Assembly: GCA_013239625.1 (NCBI GenBank)
Contig: MU053431.1
Location: forward strand, 310,001 to 374,000
Reading direction: 5' to 3'
DNA from: Lama guanicoe
Taxonomy: Eukaryota
Length of the DNA stretch: 64,000 bases
Shown: piece by piece, positions 62,831 through 64,000 of the stretch
Position numbering within the stretch: position 1 is the stretch's first letter
How the letters are laid out: each line of letters starts with the position of its first letter
Notes under the pieces: generated by a model
Databases searched by the model: none
The model's input: only the letters and a program-made list of their open reading frames with translations
What the model was told of the DNA's origin: nothing
Made by a program: the position numbers and the translations under genes

Positions 62831-63539
62831 GAAGAGGCCCGGCTGGGCGGAAGGGGAAGGGTGAACCACGGTGAAGGACCTCAGGGAAATGCGCGGTAGC
62901 TGGGGAAAGTCAATTTCTCATGTTTGATTTGTTCTAAAAACAGGCACATGTGAAAGCACGGTGCCTGTCACAAAGCAGATTGTCAACAGAGAAATACATG
63001 CTGATGGAGGGAAAGATCGGTGAGGGGACACCCTCAAGAAAGATGATTGTGCAGTCTGTTCTGAACCTGATGAACTGGGGTGAATCACACAAATCAGTCA
63101 AATGCAATTATGTAAGGTTTCATTTTCCATTAGTTTTTTTTTAATGCATTTGATCTTAGAAGTGAGTAAAACTTCAAATATTTTAAAATGCCAAGTAATT
63201 TTTTTTCTTCAATTTTCTTCCATTAGTCCCTTCCAAAAAGTCTAGCTTGAAATACTTAGAAGTATTTCAAAGGCTCAAAAAAAAAGTCTGACTTTTAAAA
63301 AGTCGGTAGAAAGAGAAGGACTCCCACCAGAAGCTTCTGCAGCTAAAGAGCAAAAATGTGTTTGAAAAAATTGGTGACGTACCCAAGGCTGTTCCAAGCA
63401 TCCAGCAACTTGGATGCAAAATCCCTTTGTGTTGATGAGCCCTCTTGGCTGACAATACAGTAACTAGATTGCGTTTTAAGAGAACACCTTGCATCTTAAA
63501 ACTGTGAGGGAAACGTGAGATGAAACTGCTCATTAACGG

Positions 63540-64000
63540 TGATGAGGCAGTCTGGACGAGCCCTTAAACAGCCCGGCCGAGAAGGCAGCAAGTCGGAGGA
63601 TCAGAGGGCGGGCTGGCCGCTCTGGGCAGCGGTGCGGGGGGCGCCCGCGCGGGGAAGGGCTTAATTAGGGCTGCCAGTCACACTGACTGCCTGCGATTAA
63701 ATGGCGTGAGTCAGCAGGGCACGTGTGCGCCCAGTGTTGGAAGCGTGAGGGGCCAAGGGTGCTTGGTGTCTGTCGGCAGATTCTTCCCATCAGCAGCTAC
63801 ACGAGTCGCCTGCTTTCTCCGAACGGCGGGCCCTTTGTTTTACCAGCATCAGACCCTGTGCTGGAGGAAGCTCCCCAGAAGCCTGATCTGACTCCCACGC
63901 TTCCAAGGTGGTGCTGAGGGAAGTCGGCCCCGAACCAGCGCTGCCGTGTCGTGCTCCCAGCTCCTTGCTTCTCTCCTGACTGTCGTCAGCGTCCGGCCCC
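63540..64000. promoter_or_regulatory. CpG-rich candidate regulatory element running off the window end
   Basis: GCGGTGCGGGGGGCGCCCGCGCGGGG, CTTAATTAG, GATTAAAT, TGAGTCA (AP-1) and CACGTG (E-box) within about 100 bp. Confidence 0.45.

Noticed and set aside
262..63917. All long ORFs in the supplied track (e.g. 15906-16586, 31189-31833, 38908-39510)
   Set aside because: Pro/Gly/Arg/Ser-rich translations overlapping on both strands with no recognisable domain. These are expected by chance in GC-rich DNA, and several lie in repeats.
1..64000. CRISPR arrays, tRNA/rRNA genes, prokaryotic or viral systems, host gene identity
   Set aside because: No repeat-spacer arrays, structured RNA genes or operon-like coding density are present. 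No exon could be matched to a known protein, so no gene is named.

Overview
Non-coding mammalian genomic DNA, probably intronic or intergenic. The likely source is a camelid (camel or alpaca). This is inferred from short lineage-type L1 3' tails and from the absence of any recognisable Alu, B1/B2, Can-SINE, PRE-1, Bov-tA or CHR SINE. No protein-coding gene, RNA gene or pseudogene can be supported, and the ORF track looks like chance ORFs in GC/CpG-rich sequence and old repeats. The window is a mosaic of three components. (i) Ancient eutherian repeats: MaLR MLT1, L1M, L2, MIR, hAT MITEs (MER5/20/58/81), an ERVL LTR16-like fragment and an ERV1-like solo LTR. (ii) Unusually GC/CpG-rich unique sequence. 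(iii) Several AT-rich unique blocks dense in homeodomain, Meis, NFI and TCF motifs that resemble developmental enhancers. The most notable observations are a 126-bp near-identical direct duplication 1141 bp apart, strong AT->GC drift in ancestral repeats, L1 tails sharing a 5' start, a possible CR1/L3 RT fossil and several + strand exon-like splice signals. Repeat family names come from recalled consensus sequences rather than a search, and most repeat boundaries are approximate. I found no convincing novel biological system.
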